From Candidatus Woesearchaeota archaeon (lineage in GTDB: Archaea > Nanobdellota > Nanobdellia > Pacearchaeales > GW2011-AR1), in NCBI GenBank assembly GCA_964479755.1, contig CAYZNI010000003.1:1-58424 (forward strand): a DNA stretch of 58,424 nt, written 5' to 3'. Below are positions 18,854-28,978 of the stretch, piece after piece. The notes below the pieces were generated by a model, which saw only the letters and a list, made by a program, of their open reading frames with translations, was not told where the DNA came from and made no database searches. Position 1 is the first letter of the stretch, and each line of letters starts with the position of its first letter. The position numbers and the translations under genes were made by a program.

Positions 18854-20740
18854 ATGAGTGAAGAGCCAAAGGAAGATATTTTGTCCAAACTAGTAGACAA
18901 TATTTTCTCTTTAAAAAAGGAAACAATCTACCTATTTTTAATATTTCTCTTAGGAGCTATACTAAGATTAATTGCAGCTATCAACATTCAACCAAACGCA
19001 GATGAATTACATTTTGTTACTCATGCGGTAAATTTCTATTCAACAGGAAGATTGGTTACGTTTGAACAGTCTGCAGGACTGTGGTTTGGATTTACTAGCC
19101 TGATGTATAATTTAATTGGGTATACCCAATTAGCTTCCAGAATTGCTTCAATTTTGTTCGGATCATTTAGTATTTTCTTAATTTATTTAATTTCGAAAGA
19201 ATTTTTTGATGAAAAGACTTCTTTAATAGCGGCTTTCCTTCTCTCAATAGCACCATTTCATATAAGAAGCACAGTTGCAGAAATGGATGTAATGGCTATA
19301 TTTTTTACACTTCTATTTGTTTTCTTCTCAATAAAAGCAATTAAATCGGAAAGAAATATTTATTTTGCTTTAAGTGGAATATCTATCGGGCTCGCAATTT
19401 ACACAAAGGTCTATCCAGTTTTGTTTTTGCCTTCTATTCTTCTATACTTTGCATATAATAAGTACAAATTAAAAGAAAAGATTATAACGAAAAAAAATAT
19501 TCAACTAATCTCTATTCTATTAGCTTTCACCTTGGTATTTTGCCTACCAGAATTAATTTACAACTATTCTCTCTACCAAGAAAAAGGTTTTTTGGACTTG
19601 CAATTTACTAAATTCTTAAGATTAGGAGAAGATAAAGCCGCACAGTATTATTCTTGGTTAGGAAATTGGAATGAAAGTGCTGCATGGTCTGCCTTCTTGA
19701 TTCCGAAGACAAACAAAATAGATTCTTCTGGATATCCGTTAAGTATAGTGGTCTTAAAACAACTACAAGCTGTAACACCCTTTATTTTCTATACTAGTTT
19801 GTTAAGTCTCTTGCTTTTGGTTTTAAAGAAAAATTCTCTAGTTAAAGAATATTCCAAGCTATTCATTCTCTTGATACTTTTTGCTTTTCCTTTTTTAGCA
19901 AGCTCAATAGCCTTAGTTAAGCATTTTCTATTTTTTGAATTATTTATGATTCCTTTGACAGGTTCCTTATTAGTGAGTTTTATTAATCGTTCTAAAAATA
20001 AAAATCTAACAACTATTTTCTTCATAACCTTGTTTTGCATCTCTTTATTCTTATTAAGCAGACCCACGACAGTATTTATTCAAGTTTTCGGTATGGGAAG
20101 AACTGCTCAAATTATAGACTTTAGAGATAAAGCGATAAACAACATAGATCTCATAGTTTCGGATGGCAGAATTTATAGGGGCGAAACTTTCTGGGGCTTT
20201 TATGGAAAACCGTTTTTAGAAGCTACTGTCTTTCTTCAGTTAATGAATGACCAAAGCAAGTTACCGGGGAAAAATATTACAGAACAAGTCTACTTTGTTG
20301 AATGCGTATACGATGATTGCGGTTGGGGCACTATAAAAGATCAGCCAGAATTTAATGCCTCAATGGAGTCTTTAACAGACTTTTTCAAAAAGAATGGTCA
20401 ATTAGTTGACACAATCTACGAACCTAACAGAGAAAATCCTTATTTACCTCCCTTATATGGAAAAAAGGCAGAAGCAGTAAGAATATACAAATTGGCTCTT
20501 CCAATGAAATCTTCAATTGTTGAATTCGCGGCTCAACCAAAAAACTGGTTTATGTATGATATCGGATATGAACCTAAAGAAAAACAATTTGATTATTACT
20601 ATCCAACTACTTTTTTTCAATATCTTCTGGATTTGTTGGCGCATTTAATTGTTAAATTGTCGCTGATTTTGGCAATTATTTCACCTCTTACAATTCTTTA
20701 TTTAATAATAGACAACAATGATAAAACAACAGAAATTTAG
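18854..20740 (+). CDS. GT-C fold membrane glycosyltransferase (GT39/ArnT/PMT_2-like)
   Basis: 628 aa with more than 10 TM helices. First-loop 'NADELHFVTHAVNF' acidic motif and a soluble domain near the C-terminus. Confidence 0.75.
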   Translation: MSEEPKEDILSKLVDNIFSLKKETIYLFLIFLLGAILRLIAAINIQPNADELHFVTHAVNFYSTGRLVTFEQSAGLWFGFTSLMYNLIGYTQLASRIASILFGSFSIFLIYLISKEFFDEKTSLIAAFLLSIAPFHIRSTVAEMDVMAIFFTLLFVFFSIKAIKSERNIYFALSGISIGLAIYTKVYPVLFLPSILLYFAYNKYKLKEKIITKKNIQLISILLAFTLVFCLPELIYNYSLYQEKGFLDLQFTKFLRLGEDKAAQYYSWLGNWNESAAWSAFLIPKTNKIDSSGYPLSIVVLKQLQAVTPFIFYTSLLSLLLLVLKKNSLVKEYSKLFILLILFAFPFLASSIALVKHFLFFELFMIPLTGSLLVSFINRSKNKNLTTIFFITLFCISLFLLSRPTTVFIQVFGMGRTAQIIDFRDKAINNIDLIVSDGRIYRGETFWGFYGKPFLEATVFLQLMNDQSKLPGKNITEQVYFVECVYDDCGWGTIKDQPEFNASMESLTDFFKKNGQLVDTIYEPNRENPYLPPLYGKKAEAVRIYKLALPMKSSIVEFAAQPKNWFMYDIGYEPKEKQFDYYYPTTFFQYLLDLLAHLIVKLSLILAIISPLTILYLIIDNNDKTTEI

Positions 20741-21155
20741 GGAAATATTGGAAAATAAATCTAAAAAAACATCAAATCAGTTCTTTAAATATTTTTTTGC
20801 AGGAGGAATTGCTGCTATACTAGATATTTCGTCTTTTATGCTTTTTACATCAGTGTTACTTATAGATTACAGAATATCTCTCTTTTTCAGTTTTACTTTT
20901 GGAACTCTTACCAACTTCTTATTATGTAATAAGTATATTTTTAGCCGAGGAGAAATGTCAGTGATAAAAACAATGATTAGACACTATACTTCAAGTTTAG
21001 GAGGGCTGGCCACAAATGAGATAGTAGCAATTATTTTAGTTGAAATTTTGAATTTTAAATCTTTATTTATCGTTAAGATAATAGCAACTATATTTGCATT
21101 TATAATAAACTTTATATTAATCAAGTTTTATGCCTTTAACAGTAAAATAAAGTAA
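20718..21155 (+). CDS. GtrA-family polyprenyl-phosphate-sugar translocation protein
   Basis: 145 aa with 4 TM helices. 'FFKYFFAGGIAAILDISSF' is the GtrA N-terminal signature. Overlaps the GT-C gene by 23 nt. Confidence 0.85.
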   Translation: MIKQQKFREILENKSKKTSNQFFKYFFAGGIAAILDISSFMLFTSVLLIDYRISLFFSFTFGTLTNFLLCNKYIFSRGEMSVIKTMIRHYTSSLGGLATNEIVAIILVEILNFKSLFIVKIIATIFAFIINFILIKFYAFNSKIK

Positions 21156-21157
21156 AT

Positions 21158-22204
21158 ATGGCAATTAAAAGCAATATTTTAATTACAGGAGGCTCTGGAT
21201 TCTTTGGGTCTTTGTTAAAGGAAGACCTTCTTAGAAGGAGATACAATTGTGTGAATATTGATTTAGAAAGGGACTCATTTAAACATAAAAATCTTATTTC
21301 TATTCAAGGTGATATTCGAAATAAAAATCTTCTTCTAGAGGTTTTTTCGAAAAATAAATTCAGTGCCATTTATCACTGCGCAGCAATTTTAGCTCACGCA
21401 GTTAAGGATAAAAATTTTCTATGGACTTCAAACGTAAATGGGACGAGGAACATTGCGGATTTTGCTAAGGAATTTGGAGTAAAAAAAGTAGTATTTACGT
21501 CTTCAAATTGTCTTTGGGGCAATCCCTTCAATAGACTTGTTTCGGAAGAAGATCTTCCTAACCCTGTGGAGATTTATGGAAGGTCAAAATTAGAAGGAGA
21601 AAAAATATTAATGAGCAATAAAAAATATTTTAATGCAGTGATTATAAGATGTCCTACAATTATGGATGAAGGTAGGCTGGGGCTATTAGCTATACTTTTT
21701 GACTTCATCGATGAAGGAAAAAAGGTTTGGGTAGTGGGAAACGGTGAAAATAAATATCAATTTATTTATGCCAAAGATTTAATTGATGCATGCATAAAGT
21801 CTCTTAACTACAACAAATCAGAAATATTCAATATCGGATCAGACAATGTTAAAAGTTTCAAAGAGGTTTATAATAATGTCCTTAAAAAAGCAAAAACCGG
21901 TTCCAAAATAGGATATTTACCCAAAAGTCCTGCGATTTTATTAATGAAATTAGCGCATCACTTTAAGATCTCCCCTTTAGGCCCATATCAATATAAAATG
22001 ATAGCGGAAAGTTTTGTTTTTGATACCTCAAAAATCAAGCGAGAATTAAAATGGAGTCCGACCTTGACAAATGACGAGATGCTTTATAAGGCATATTTAT
22101 ATTATCATAACAATAAGGCTGATATCTTATCAAGAAAAAACGTTTCGGCACATAAAAAACAAGCAGATATGGGGATTATAAGAATATTGAGGTGGGTTTC
22201 ATAA
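21158..22204 (+). CDS. NAD-dependent epimerase/dehydratase (extended SDR)
   Basis: '[14 protein letters not shown]' and 'YGRSKLEGE' (YxxxK). Starts 2 nt after the gtrA stop. Confidence 0.8.
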   Translation: MAIKSNILITGGSGFFGSLLKEDLLRRRYNCVNIDLERDSFKHKNLISIQGDIRNKNLLLEVFSKNKFSAIYHCAAILAHAVKDKNFLWTSNVNGTRNIADFAKEFGVKKVVFTSSNCLWGNPFNRLVSEEDLPNPVEIYGRSKLEGEKILMSNKKYFNAVIIRCPTIMDEGRLGLLAILFDFIDEGKKVWVVGNGENKYQFIYAKDLIDACIKSLNYNKSEIFNIGSDNVKSFKEVYNNVLKKAKTGSKIGYLPKSPAILLMKLAHHFKISPLGPYQYKMIAESFVFDTSKIKRELKWSPTLTNDEMLYKAYLYYHNNKADILSRKNVSAHKKQADMGIIRILRWVS

Positions 22205-23772
22205 TGAGAAATAAAATTGCACTGGTTATAGGGGCAGGTCCTGCTGGGTTAACAGCCGCCTATGAACTTTTAGAAAAAACAAAAGTAAAACCAATTGTAA
22301 TTGAAAAAAGTACATTCATGGGAGGTATTGCTAGAACCATAAATTACAAGGGAAATAGAATAGATATAGGAGGCCACAGATTTTTTTCTAAGTCTGATAG
22401 AGTAATGAAATGGTGGTTAACAATGTTGCCCTTACAGAAAGTGCAAAACCCACAAGAAAAAATAGCTTATCAAGGGCAGACACGCGATTTAGGTTTTAAG
22501 GGAAATGCAGATCCAAATAAGACGGATAAAGTTATGCTCTTACGTCCTAGAAAGTCAAGAATTTATTATACAAGAAAGTTTTTTGATTATCCAATTACAT
22601 TATCTAAAAGGACTTTAGAAAACTTAGGCTCATTTAAAGCTGCAAATATTGGCTTTAGCTATATGAAGAGCACTCTTTTCCCAATTAAACCAGAAATAAC
22701 CTTAGAAGATTTCTTTATAAATAGGTTCGGAAAAGAGCTTTATCTTACTTTTTTTAAATCATATACAGAAAAAGTCTGGGGCGTTCCATGTAATGAAATA
22801 AGCGCAGAGTGGGGCGCGCAGAGAGTTAAAGGATTATCTATTTCTAAGGCTATATTGCATTATTTAAAAAAATGGAAAGTTAAGGAAGGAGATGTTTCTC
22901 AAAAAGATACTGAAACTTCTTTGATTGAGCAGTTTTTATATCCAAAATTCGGACCTGGTCAAATGTGGGAGGCGGTTGCAAAAAAAGTTGAAAATAACGG
23001 AGGCAAAATAATAACTGAATCTGTCGTCGACGGAATCACCCTTAATGGAAATAAAATACAATCTATAAGTTTTCTTAATATAAGAACAAAAAAGAGAGTA
23101 AAAGTAAAAACCGATTTTGTTTTTTCAACTATGCCTATAAAAGAGTTGATCAAGTCTATGAAACCTCAAGTCCCTGGGGAAATAAAAAAAATATCCGAAG
23201 GCTTAATTTATAGAGATTTTATAACAGTTGGATTATTACTAAAAAAAATAAAGATAAAAGAATCTGACAATACTTTAGTCAAGGACAATTGGATCTACAT
23301 TCAAGAAGATGATGTTAAAGTTGGGAGATTACAGATTTTCAACAATTGGAGTCCCTATTTAGTTGAAAATCGCAACAATGTTTGGATAGGTTTAGAATAC
23401 TTTTGTAATGAGGGTGATGAACTTTGGACCAAACCTGAGGAAGAAATGAAAAAACTGGCAGTGCATGAATTACAGAAGATTGGAATAATAGATTCAAAAG
23501 ATGTGCTAGACTCAACCGTTATTAAAATGGAAAAAACTTATCCGGCGTATTTTGGGGAATACAAAAATTTCTCCAAAATAAGAGCGCACCTGGATAAAAT
23601 TGAAAATCTTTTTTTAATAGGAAGAAATGGAATGCACCGTTATAATAATCAAGATCATTCTATGTTAACAGCAATGACTTCAGTAGAGAATATAATAAAT
23701 GGAGTAAAATCAAAAGATAATATTTGGGCAGTGAACGCCGAGCAGGAATATCACGAAGAAAAATCTTCTTAA
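22204..23772 (+). CDS. Rossmann-type FAD-dependent oxidoreductase (amine-oxidase/UGM/protoporphyrinogen-oxidase-like)
   Basis: '[18 protein letters not shown]...[12 protein letters not shown]' dinucleotide fold and 'DIGGHRFF'. TAATG overlap with the SDR stop. Confidence 0.75.
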   Translation: MRNKIALVIGAGPAGLTAAYELLEKTKVKPIVIEKSTFMGGIARTINYKGNRIDIGGHRFFSKSDRVMKWWLTMLPLQKVQNPQEKIAYQGQTRDLGFKGNADPNKTDKVMLLRPRKSRIYYTRKFFDYPITLSKRTLENLGSFKAANIGFSYMKSTLFPIKPEITLEDFFINRFGKELYLTFFKSYTEKVWGVPCNEISAEWGAQRVKGLSISKAILHYLKKWKVKEGDVSQKDTETSLIEQFLYPKFGPGQMWEAVAKKVENNGGKIITESVVDGITLNGNKIQSISFLNIRTKKRVKVKTDFVFSTMPIKELIKSMKPQVPGEIKKISEGLIYRDFITVGLLLKKIKIKESDNTLVKDNWIYIQEDDVKVGRLQIFNNWSPYLVENRNNVWIGLEYFCNEGDELWTKPEEEMKKLAVHELQKIGIIDSKDVLDSTVIKMEKTYPAYFGEYKNFSKIRAHLDKIENLFLIGRNGMHRYNNQDHSMLTAMTSVENIINGVKSKDNIWAVNAEQEYHEEKSS

Positions 23773-23773
23773 T

Positions 23774-24988
23774 TTATTTAAATAAAATAGAGATAATCAA
23801 GAAAATCAAAGATAAAATCGTAACCCCAAAGGAAAAGTTGGTTAAATTCAACACAAACATCCCAGTAGACAAATAAAAGGCAGCCAGCAGAACTAAGACA
23901 AGACTAAAGAACAATCTCGGACGCTTTATTTTATCTAAGGATAACTTTCTTATTAATATTAAATTTGTGATTGAAAGCATTGTAATACTAACACCTAAAT
24001 AAAATAAAGCCTTACTATCTTCTGTAAGTGATTTTCCACTAAAAATTCCTAAGACAAATTCGGGGTAGAAATAGAAAATACCGAGAGCTATTAAGTCTAG
24101 TACTAAAACAGTTACAAATGCGTTTAGAAAAACGTTCTTCGATTTCTTTTTTCCTTTATTATTTTCTACAGCAATGGGAAACATAACTTTACTGACAGGT
24201 TGAGTTACAAGAAAAATCATCTTTGCACAAAGAGAAGCAATTGCATAAGTTCCAGCTATTTCAGAAGAAAAAACAAGTTTCGCGAATATTATATCGAATC
24301 CATAAAAAATTAAAATCGTCAAGACAATAAAAAAAGTCGGCTTGCTATAAGAGTATATTCCTCTAGTTTCTCCTATTTTTTCTTTCGATCGAGTGTACTC
24401 TTTTAATCCAATAAAAGTTAAATAAAACGCAATAGCTCCCGCCAAAAAGGTAGCTAGTATAGCTCCAAATACATTCCACCCAAGGTAGACAAAAAACACC
24501 GCTAATAAAAACTTCGCGATAGATTCAGATATCATATTAATTCCAAGAGCCCCAAATTTTTTCTTTCCTTGTAAAACACCTCTATTAATCGGCATAAGAA
24601 AAATATTGAATATAATTAACCCAGTAAATGCAACAAGAAAATAATTTATCTTAGTTAATTTAGAAATAAAAATAGCGGCAATTAAAAAAAAGAGAAATAG
24701 ACCGAGGCAAAAAGATAAAGACTTTCTAAGTGCCCTTTTAATTATATTCTTAATCTTTCCAGGCTCTTTCTCATTTGCAGCAAACTTAGTTATCGTCATT
24801 TGAATAGATTCAGAAAAACCTCCAAGAATGTATATCATATTATTAAGAAAGGCAAGAACTCCGAAATCTGATAAACTAAGAAGTCTAGCCATGCTTGACT
24901 GAAATAAAAAGTTAAACAAGTTGTAAATTCCAAAAGAAACTAATAGAATCGCGCTTCCTTTCACCAGCTCTTTTTCTAATTTCATCAA
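23774..24988 (-). CDS. Oligosaccharide flippase (MOP/Wzx-like)
   Basis: 404 aa with about 12 TM helices. Sits directly downstream of aglH with a 4-nt overlap. Confidence 0.6.
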   Translation of the reverse strand: MMKLEKELVKGSAILLVSFGIYNLFNFLFQSSMARLLSLSDFGVLAFLNNMIYILGGFSESIQMTITKFAANEKEPGKIKNIIKRALRKSLSFCLGLFLFFLIAAIFISKLTKINYFLVAFTGLIIFNIFLMPINRGVLQGKKKFGALGINMISESIAKFLLAVFFVYLGWNVFGAILATFLAGAIAFYLTFIGLKEYTRSKEKIGETRGIYSYSKPTFFIVLTILIFYGFDIIFAKLVFSSEIAGTYAIASLCAKMIFLVTQPVSKVMFPIAVENNKGKKKSKNVFLNAFVTVLVLDLIALGIFYFYPEFVLGIFSGKSLTEDSKALFYLGVSITMLSITNLILIRKLSLDKIKRPRLFFSLVLVLLAAFYLSTGMFVLNLTNFSFGVTILSLIFLIISILFK

Positions 24989-25995
24989 AAACCTCGTCTA
25001 AATATCAAAAGCCCAATCAATATTATCAGAATCTGAAAAGTCCAAATTGAAATAACTACTCTGCTTTCAGTTGGCTTTACTCCAATTTTTTTCATTAAAC
25101 ATATTGACAAGTGGTTTACGCTGTAAATTTTGTCATATCTCAATTCCAAACTTCCATCTTTCTGTGGCAGTCCGAAACTTTGCATTTTTACATCACCACG
25201 AAGTTTTAAGATGCTCTCTAAAGCATATGGTATGAAAAAGAAAACTGCAATCTTTTCAAAATTCCCAAGAATCGCCATGCAAGCAGCTAGTCCTCCTACA
25301 GTATAAGTTAAACTATCTCCGGGAAAAACTCTTGCTGGATTGAAATTAAAAATTATGAAAGCGCAAAGTGCGGCAATCATACAAAGCCCAATCAAAGTCA
25401 GCCAGGTATCTCCAAGCATATAAGCGACTAATGAAAAACCTGACAAAACGATTATTCCTTGCCCAGCTTCCAGCCCATTAAAACCTGCTAAAATGTTGAA
25501 AGTTGTCGCTGCTCCCACAATACCTATCGGAATTATCACTAATGGATACCAAAGTCCGAGATCAATTCCTCCAAAAAACGGCAAAATTACAGAACTCCTT
25601 CCAGCGTTTATAACGATTAACGGAATTGCAGCAAAAAGCTCCAATATAATTCTCGACTTCTTAGACAAACCTCCCTTTCTCCAGCCTAATAAGTCATCAA
25701 TAAATCCAACTGTAGCTAAAAGTAAAATACAACTTAATAATGCAAAAATTTCCACAAGATTTCCATCCTTAGAATTAAATAAAAAAACTTTGTATGAAAC
25801 ATATAGCAAAACTCCGATTACAAACCCTAATACGGCTATTATTCCGCCAGACCCTGAAACAAAATACTTCTTGTATTTGTTCATGTCTTCCCAAACTAGC
25901 CCGATTTGTTTAGCCTTTTTAATCCAAGAAGGAAGCAATGCTAGTGTCGTCAAAAAACTTGCAATTATCGGAATCAGCAATATGTAAATCTTCAT
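24985..25995 (-). CDS. aglH: UDP-GlcNAc:dolichyl-phosphate GlcNAc-1-phosphate transferase (MraY/WecA/ALG7 family)
   Basis: 'GFIDDLLGW' and 'FNILAGFNGLEAGQG' motifs. Polytopic. 1-nt overlap with aglB. Confidence 0.8.
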   Translation of the reverse strand: MKIYILLIPIIASFLTTLALLPSWIKKAKQIGLVWEDMNKYKKYFVSGSGGIIAVLGFVIGVLLYVSYKVFLFNSKDGNLVEIFALLSCILLLATVGFIDDLLGWRKGGLSKKSRIILELFAAIPLIVINAGRSSVILPFFGGIDLGLWYPLVIIPIGIVGAATTFNILAGFNGLEAGQGIIVLSGFSLVAYMLGDTWLTLIGLCMIAALCAFIIFNFNPARVFPGDSLTYTVGGLAACMAILGNFEKIAVFFFIPYALESILKLRGDVKMQSFGLPQKDGSLELRYDKIYSVNHLSICLMKKIGVKPTESRVVISIWTFQILIILIGLLIFRRGF

Positions 25996-28781
25996 TATGC
26001 GTACAATATATCTGCAGGGTACTCCGTGCTGATATACTTTTTGTCATATTTAATATCCTTAGGATATTTAATTTCCCAAATTCTAATAGGCCCTCGAAGT
26101 CCTTGGTAGTAAACGAAATCACTATCAAATGTTGGATTTTGCTCTTTAATTTGCGCAACTACGATGTCGTCTTCAGAATGAGCAAGTTTGAAATATTTAT
26201 CGTCTTTTTTGTACAAATAAAGTCTTGAAAGTTGCGAATTAACTACTCTTCTGCTTAGGTAAAGCATTGCACCATCTCTCTCAATTCCGACTCCCTGTTG
26301 AGTTTGGTCAACTCTAGGGAAAAGGAAGACTCCCGCTTCCAACCCTTTACCAAAGTCCCTTAACTTTCCATCATACAAGTATCTAAGCGGAATGCTATAT
26401 TGTTGCCCATTGGCAACAAAAATTCCAATAGGCGCGGAAATTATCTGAGCGGTTGAGTTTCTCTCTATCAGAACTGCAGCCAGGCCATTGCCAGAGCCAG
26501 TAGGAATATAAATTTTGCTTCCATTCTCTTCATAAACTATATCCTCATCAAGTCCAACTCCTGCTTTATACATAAACACTGTAGAGTTCTTTTTCTCTTG
26601 AGAGTAAGTAGTGTCTCTCAGAAATGTTGGAATAAAGCTAGCTCTATCATAATGTGCATCGCTTCCAATGCTTGAAAAGGCACCATACTTTCCAATGTCG
26701 GTAGAGTCAATTAAAAAGTGAGTTGTATTATGAGCATATAAAAATTCCAAAGCTTCGGTTTCATTTGGCCCGGTTAGAGCAAACCTGCCCATCATATGAT
26801 TCCAATATGAAATCGCGTTTCCCCCATCCAAGACAGTTGCCCTTTCACCAATACTCTGAAGCCAATAACCATAGTCCCACCAATGTCCAAACACCGCATT
26901 TTTCGGAGTTTCTTCCCTCACCCAAGCCATAGCCTTCTGCCATTGCTGTGTGTAAACTGAAGGAACATAGCTTTTTCCTGTAGCCAAGGACTCTTGATAA
27001 AATGAATTTCCGGCATAAATAGCAGATAAAACAACTATTGCAAATAGACCAAGAACAGCAAATTTAACATTTTTATCTTTGACTTCCTTAGAATACCTGT
27101 AAATCTTAAAAATGCAATATCCAATTAAAATAGAAACGCTTGGAACAAGAACCATAATGGTCCTAACAGCAGCCCTGGATGAAACTATCCCAAGAAGATA
27201 AAAGAAAAAGAAGCAAAGCAGCCCGAAATCAATTTTATTTAATTTTTCTTTGCCTTTGTTGTCATATTCAAAATAGTAATATCCAAAAACCAAAACAAAT
27301 ACAATTATTCCTCCAAACAAGAAAGCTTTGCTTGCAAAATTTTCTCCATTGAACAAGCTGTCAGGAGAGTACCTGCTAAATACAAGAGCAAGCAACATAA
27401 AGGCAAATGCCAACGTTAATTTTGTTTTGTCTTTTCTGTTAAACTCTTTTAATGAGGAATAAAACAATCCGATTGAACCGGCAATCATCAGCCAGAAAGT
27501 TATTAAAAATCCTTTGAAGTTAGGTCCAAAACTTCCAGCCCATTCGCCAAAATAAGGCTGTCTATTTTCTGCAACCGTTTGAATCAGTCTAGAAGTCGCA
27601 GGTTTAATTAAAGTGTCGTAAACGCTTTTCAAGTTAGATAAAACAAAGGAAGGCCCAAAAAAGACTAAAGCCCCGACTAAACTAATTATTACCGCAAAAC
27701 AAACAACAATAAGTTTCTTAGGAACTTTTTCAAGTTTATTAAACTCTGTGTATTTTCCTAACTTAGTATTACTGATTAAATAGTCTAATGCAAAAACAAA
27801 TAAAATAAAAATTGTGAGCGCGCCTGCCTGATCTGTTATTATGTTTTTAACAGTGTACTTATAGAAAATAGAGAGAGCAATAAAAAAAGTTAAACCAAAC
27901 CAGACAAAATAAGAAAGCATTCTTTTTTTGTCATATTGCTCAAATAAAAAAGCAACAATAACAGCCGGAAGAATTGTAAAGAAGATATACAGTTTACCTC
28001 CCCAAATATGCATCATTGCAGCAGTAGAAATACCTGCCAATGCCGAAAAAACAAGTCCTGAATAAGATTTATTTCTTCTAAAAGCCGCAATAAATAAGTA
28101 AATTGATAAAAATATAAACAAAAATCCTACTGACTCTTTTTCAGGAATGCCCGCAATTGTTCTGGGCAACAGTGGTGGAAAAACTGCCAAGAAAAATGAA
28201 GCAATTAAAGCGATAAAGTTCGCATTTTTACTTCCTTCAACTTTCACAAAAATCTCCCTAGTTAAAAGAAAAAAAGCAATAATTGTAAGTGCAAACATAA
28301 AAACAGGGTAAATAATCGCAGAGTAAGTTACCGAGTCTGACATCCCAAAAAATCCGAGTATCTTATGAAACCAAGCAATCATATAAGGATGAAGCAAATA
28401 CTCTCTCTCCTGATGAAACCCTAAGGGAACGTACCTCATCACATCAGGCTCTTCCAGAATGCCGTGTGCAACAATGTCTTTCGCCCATCTCAAAAATAAA
28501 AATGGATCTAGGTCAGGACCTAATGTCCAATCATTCGTAGTTACATCTTTCAGGCCAGGAACAGGCAGCATTCTTATTTGAACAGCAAGATAAATAATGA
28601 ATGCGAGCACAATTAAAGAAATAAATAAATTGTTTTTCTTAAAAAACGCGACTATTTTCTCTTTTCTAATCTCAATTAGTTGATCTTCTGCACTTATTTC
28701 TGCTTTTTTTTCAGTGTGCTCGTGCTGTTCAGCATGTTTTTGAGCATCTTCCTGTTCTGCCATTTGCGAATAAAACAGCAT
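25995..28781 (-). CDS. aglB: Dolichyl-(mono/di)phosphooligosaccharide-protein glycotransferase AglB (STT3 family)
   Basis: 928 aa with 13-TM-type N-domain. 'HWWDYGYW' is encoded at 26862-26885, and a DxxK-like 'DIGK' lies downstream. The start could be the second Met (28763). Confidence 0.92.
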   Translation of the reverse strand: MLFYSQMAEQEDAQKHAEQHEHTEKKAEISAEDQLIEIRKEKIVAFFKKNNLFISLIVLAFIIYLAVQIRMLPVPGLKDVTTNDWTLGPDLDPFLFLRWAKDIVAHGILEEPDVMRYVPLGFHQEREYLLHPYMIAWFHKILGFFGMSDSVTYSAIIYPVFMFALTIIAFFLLTREIFVKVEGSKNANFIALIASFFLAVFPPLLPRTIAGIPEKESVGFLFIFLSIYLFIAAFRRNKSYSGLVFSALAGISTAAMMHIWGGKLYIFFTILPAVIVAFLFEQYDKKRMLSYFVWFGLTFFIALSIFYKYTVKNIITDQAGALTIFILFVFALDYLISNTKLGKYTEFNKLEKVPKKLIVVCFAVIISLVGALVFFGPSFVLSNLKSVYDTLIKPATSRLIQTVAENRQPYFGEWAGSFGPNFKGFLITFWLMIAGSIGLFYSSLKEFNRKDKTKLTLAFAFMLLALVFSRYSPDSLFNGENFASKAFLFGGIIVFVLVFGYYYFEYDNKGKEKLNKIDFGLLCFFFFYLLGIVSSRAAVRTIMVLVPSVSILIGYCIFKIYRYSKEVKDKNVKFAVLGLFAIVVLSAIYAGNSFYQESLATGKSYVPSVYTQQWQKAMAWVREETPKNAVFGHWWDYGYWLQSIGERATVLDGGNAISYWNHMMGRFALTGPNETEALEFLYAHNTTHFLIDSTDIGKYGAFSSIGSDAHYDRASFIPTFLRDTTYSQEKKNSTVFMYKAGVGLDEDIVYEENGSKIYIPTGSGNGLAAVLIERNSTAQIISAPIGIFVANGQQYSIPLRYLYDGKLRDFGKGLEAGVFLFPRVDQTQQGVGIERDGAMLYLSRRVVNSQLSRLYLYKKDDKYFKLAHSEDDIVVAQIKEQNPTFDSDFVYYQGLRGPIRIWEIKYPKDIKYDKKYISTEYPADILYA

Positions 28782-28978
28782 CGTTATATAAATCTTTCAC
28801 TCCCTATTAAATACTAGTTCAAGGGCTTAATTTTTGTTGATTATTCTAAGTATGATCCCTATATTTTCCAAAGTTTCTGTTATCAATTTTAATTGTCAAA
28901 TTCTATCTTTTTATTTATTTTTGTCCTTTCAATCTATTTTTGCAATTGCTTAATCTTTAGAGACAATACCCACAATTT

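Noticed and set aside
25493-26228. ORFs 25493-25987 (+), 25919-26158 (-) and 25938-26228 (+)
   Set aside because: They are nested in or antisense to aglH and aglB, both of which carry strong family motifs. The candidates themselves carry no motifs.
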